DNA from: a virus
Lineage: Duplodnaviria; Caudoviricetes
Direction: 5' to 3' (one strand)
DNA length: 61,501 nt
Virus record (IMG/VR): IMGVR_UViG_3300028007_000002
Location: 1 to 61,501 of that record
The notes beneath the pieces are model-generated. The model was not told where the DNA came from. It did not search any database and saw only the letters and a program-made list of their open reading frames with translations. The position numbers and the translations under genes are program-made. This document shows positions 60,585 to 61,501 of this stretch, one piece after another (position 1 is the stretch's first letter; each line of letters opens with the position of its first letter).

Positions 60585-61501
60585 TTAATGGTCTGGCTCT
60601 TTGTGCCGGGGCTGGCGGACTCGAGCTCGGACTCGGGCTTGCCATCCCTGCCTATCGAACTGTCTGTTACGTTGAGAGGGAAACCTATGCGGCGGCGGTA
60701 CTTACTGCGCGCATGGCTGAAGGGTGGCTTCATCCGGCGCCTATCTGGGATGACGTTGCCGCCTTCGACGGCCGACCGTGGTGTGGCGTCGTGGATATCG
60801 TCTCTGCGGGATTCCCGTGTCAGCCGTGGAGCGGTGCCGGTCAGCGGAGAGGAACAACCGACGACCGCTGGATCTGGCCCGACACCGTCCGTGTTATTCG
60901 CGAGGTGGGACCGACAATCGTCTTCTTGGAGAACGTGCCAGGTCTCCTTCGAGGAGGCTTGGAATACGTACTCGGGGACCTGGCCTCGCTCGGGTTTGAT
61001 GCGGAATGGGATGTGTTTTCAGCGGCTGGGGTCGGCGCGCCGCACCGTCGGGAGCGGCTTTTCATCCTGGCCCACGCCAGGGGCAGAAGATTCGGAGAGT
61101 GCAGGCAACCATCCGGGAGCGACGGACAGTCTGCCCGGGGTGATTCGGGACTGGTGGGCCACACCCACGGCGACGGCGCCGAACGACGGCGAGACGCCGG
61201 AGACGTTCTTTGCTCGGGCGGATGCCTTGAAAGCGAGGCACGGCAACGGGAACGGAGCTGGGATTCCGTTGGCGGTGCAGGTGAAAGCGTGGTCAACACC
61301 ACGGGCATCGGACGGCACGAGCTCGTCCAGCAGCCAGCACGGGCAAGGTGGTCTCGATCTGCGGACGCAGATCAAGACGTGGCAGACGCCACGCGCCCTG
61401 GAATCGGGAGGCTATCAAAGGTCCCGCGGCACCACAGTACTGACGCTGGATGGGCAGGCGCGTGGCCTATCCTCTTTCCGCCCAGACCCAACGATAGCGC
61501 C
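60581..61501 (+). CDS. C5 cytosine DNA methyltransferase (runs off window end; not in ORF track)
   Basis: LCAGAGG (motif I), AGFPCQP (IV), FLENV (VI), APHRRERLF (VIII). Confidence 0.9.
   Translation, partial: MINGLALCAGAGGLELGLGLAIPAYRTVCYVERETYAAAVLTARMAEGWLHPAPIWDDVAAFDGRPWCGVVDIVSAGFPCQPWSGAGQRRGTTDDRWIWPDTVRVIREVGPTIVFLENVPGLLRGGLEYVLGDLASLGFDAEWDVFSAAGVGAPHRRERLFILAHARGRRFGECRQPSGSDGQSARGDSGLVGHTHGDGAERRRDAGDVLCSGGCLESEARQRERSWDSVGGAGESVVNTTGIGRHELVQQPARARWSRSADADQDVADATRPGIGRLSKVPRHHSTDAGWAGAWPILFPPRPNDSA
60588..61501 (+). CDS. overlapping alternate-frame ORF with W.TP repeats (candidate second MTase polypeptide)
   Basis: Open from ATG 60588 to window end; WPRSGLMRNG, WPTP, WATP, WSTP, WQTP. 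Confidence 0.6.
   Translation, partial: MVWLFVPGLADSSSDSGLPSLPIELSVTLRGKPMRRRYLLRAWLKGGFIRRLSGMTLPPSTADRGVASWISSLRDSRVSRGAVPVSGEEQPTTAGSGPTPSVLFARWDRQSSSWRTCQVSFEEAWNTYSGTWPRSGLMRNGMCFQRLGSARRTVGSGFSSWPTPGAEDSESAGNHPGATDSLPGVIRDWWATPTATAPNDGETPETFFARADALKARHGNGNGAGIPLAVQVKAWSTPRASDGTSSSSSQHGQGGLDLRTQIKTWQTPRALESGGYQRSRGTTVLTLDGQARGLSSFRPDPTIA

Noticed and set aside
1-61501. CRISPR array or mini-array for the Csf/Cas6 operon
   Set aside because: I read the intergenic gaps, including both flanks of the operon, and saw no 25-40 nt repeats with regular spacers. A degenerate array, or one outside the window, cannot be excluded without software.

Overview
The window looks like most of the genome of a GC-rich temperate siphovirus in its excised or virion arrangement: no host housekeeping genes are visible, and the integrase sits mid-window with phage genes on both sides. 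The host cannot be determined from sequence alone. Layout: accessory and regulatory genes (1-3.3 kb), a tyrosine recombinase, packaging and head (4.5-13.5 kb), tail (13.7-29.9 kb), a multi-domain endolysin (30-32 kb), small early genes (32.3-37.6 kb), a minus-strand type IV-B-like Cas operon (37.6-44.0 kb), a serine integrase with morons and an ImmA/ImmR/Cro-like switch (44.1-49.5 kb), and recombination, replication and methylase genes (49.5-61.5 kb). Main points: (1) a tightly coupled operon csf1-cas11-csf2-csf3-glycosyltransferase-cysH-like-DNA methylase-cas6-cas6e, with two different Cas6 genes and no CRISPR array that I could find by eye; (2) an intein in the gpF-like head protein whose endonuclease appears to be encoded on the opposite strand; (3) an unannotated Com-like zinc ribbon plus five tandem GAGGC-CNGA-GCC motifs in front of capsid, tail-tube, chaperone and tape-measure genes, four of them followed by a hairpin over the ribosome-binding site; (4) a three-copy promoter-like motif; (5) a structured tRNA-like intergenic RNA. 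All family assignments are by motif recognition, not database search.
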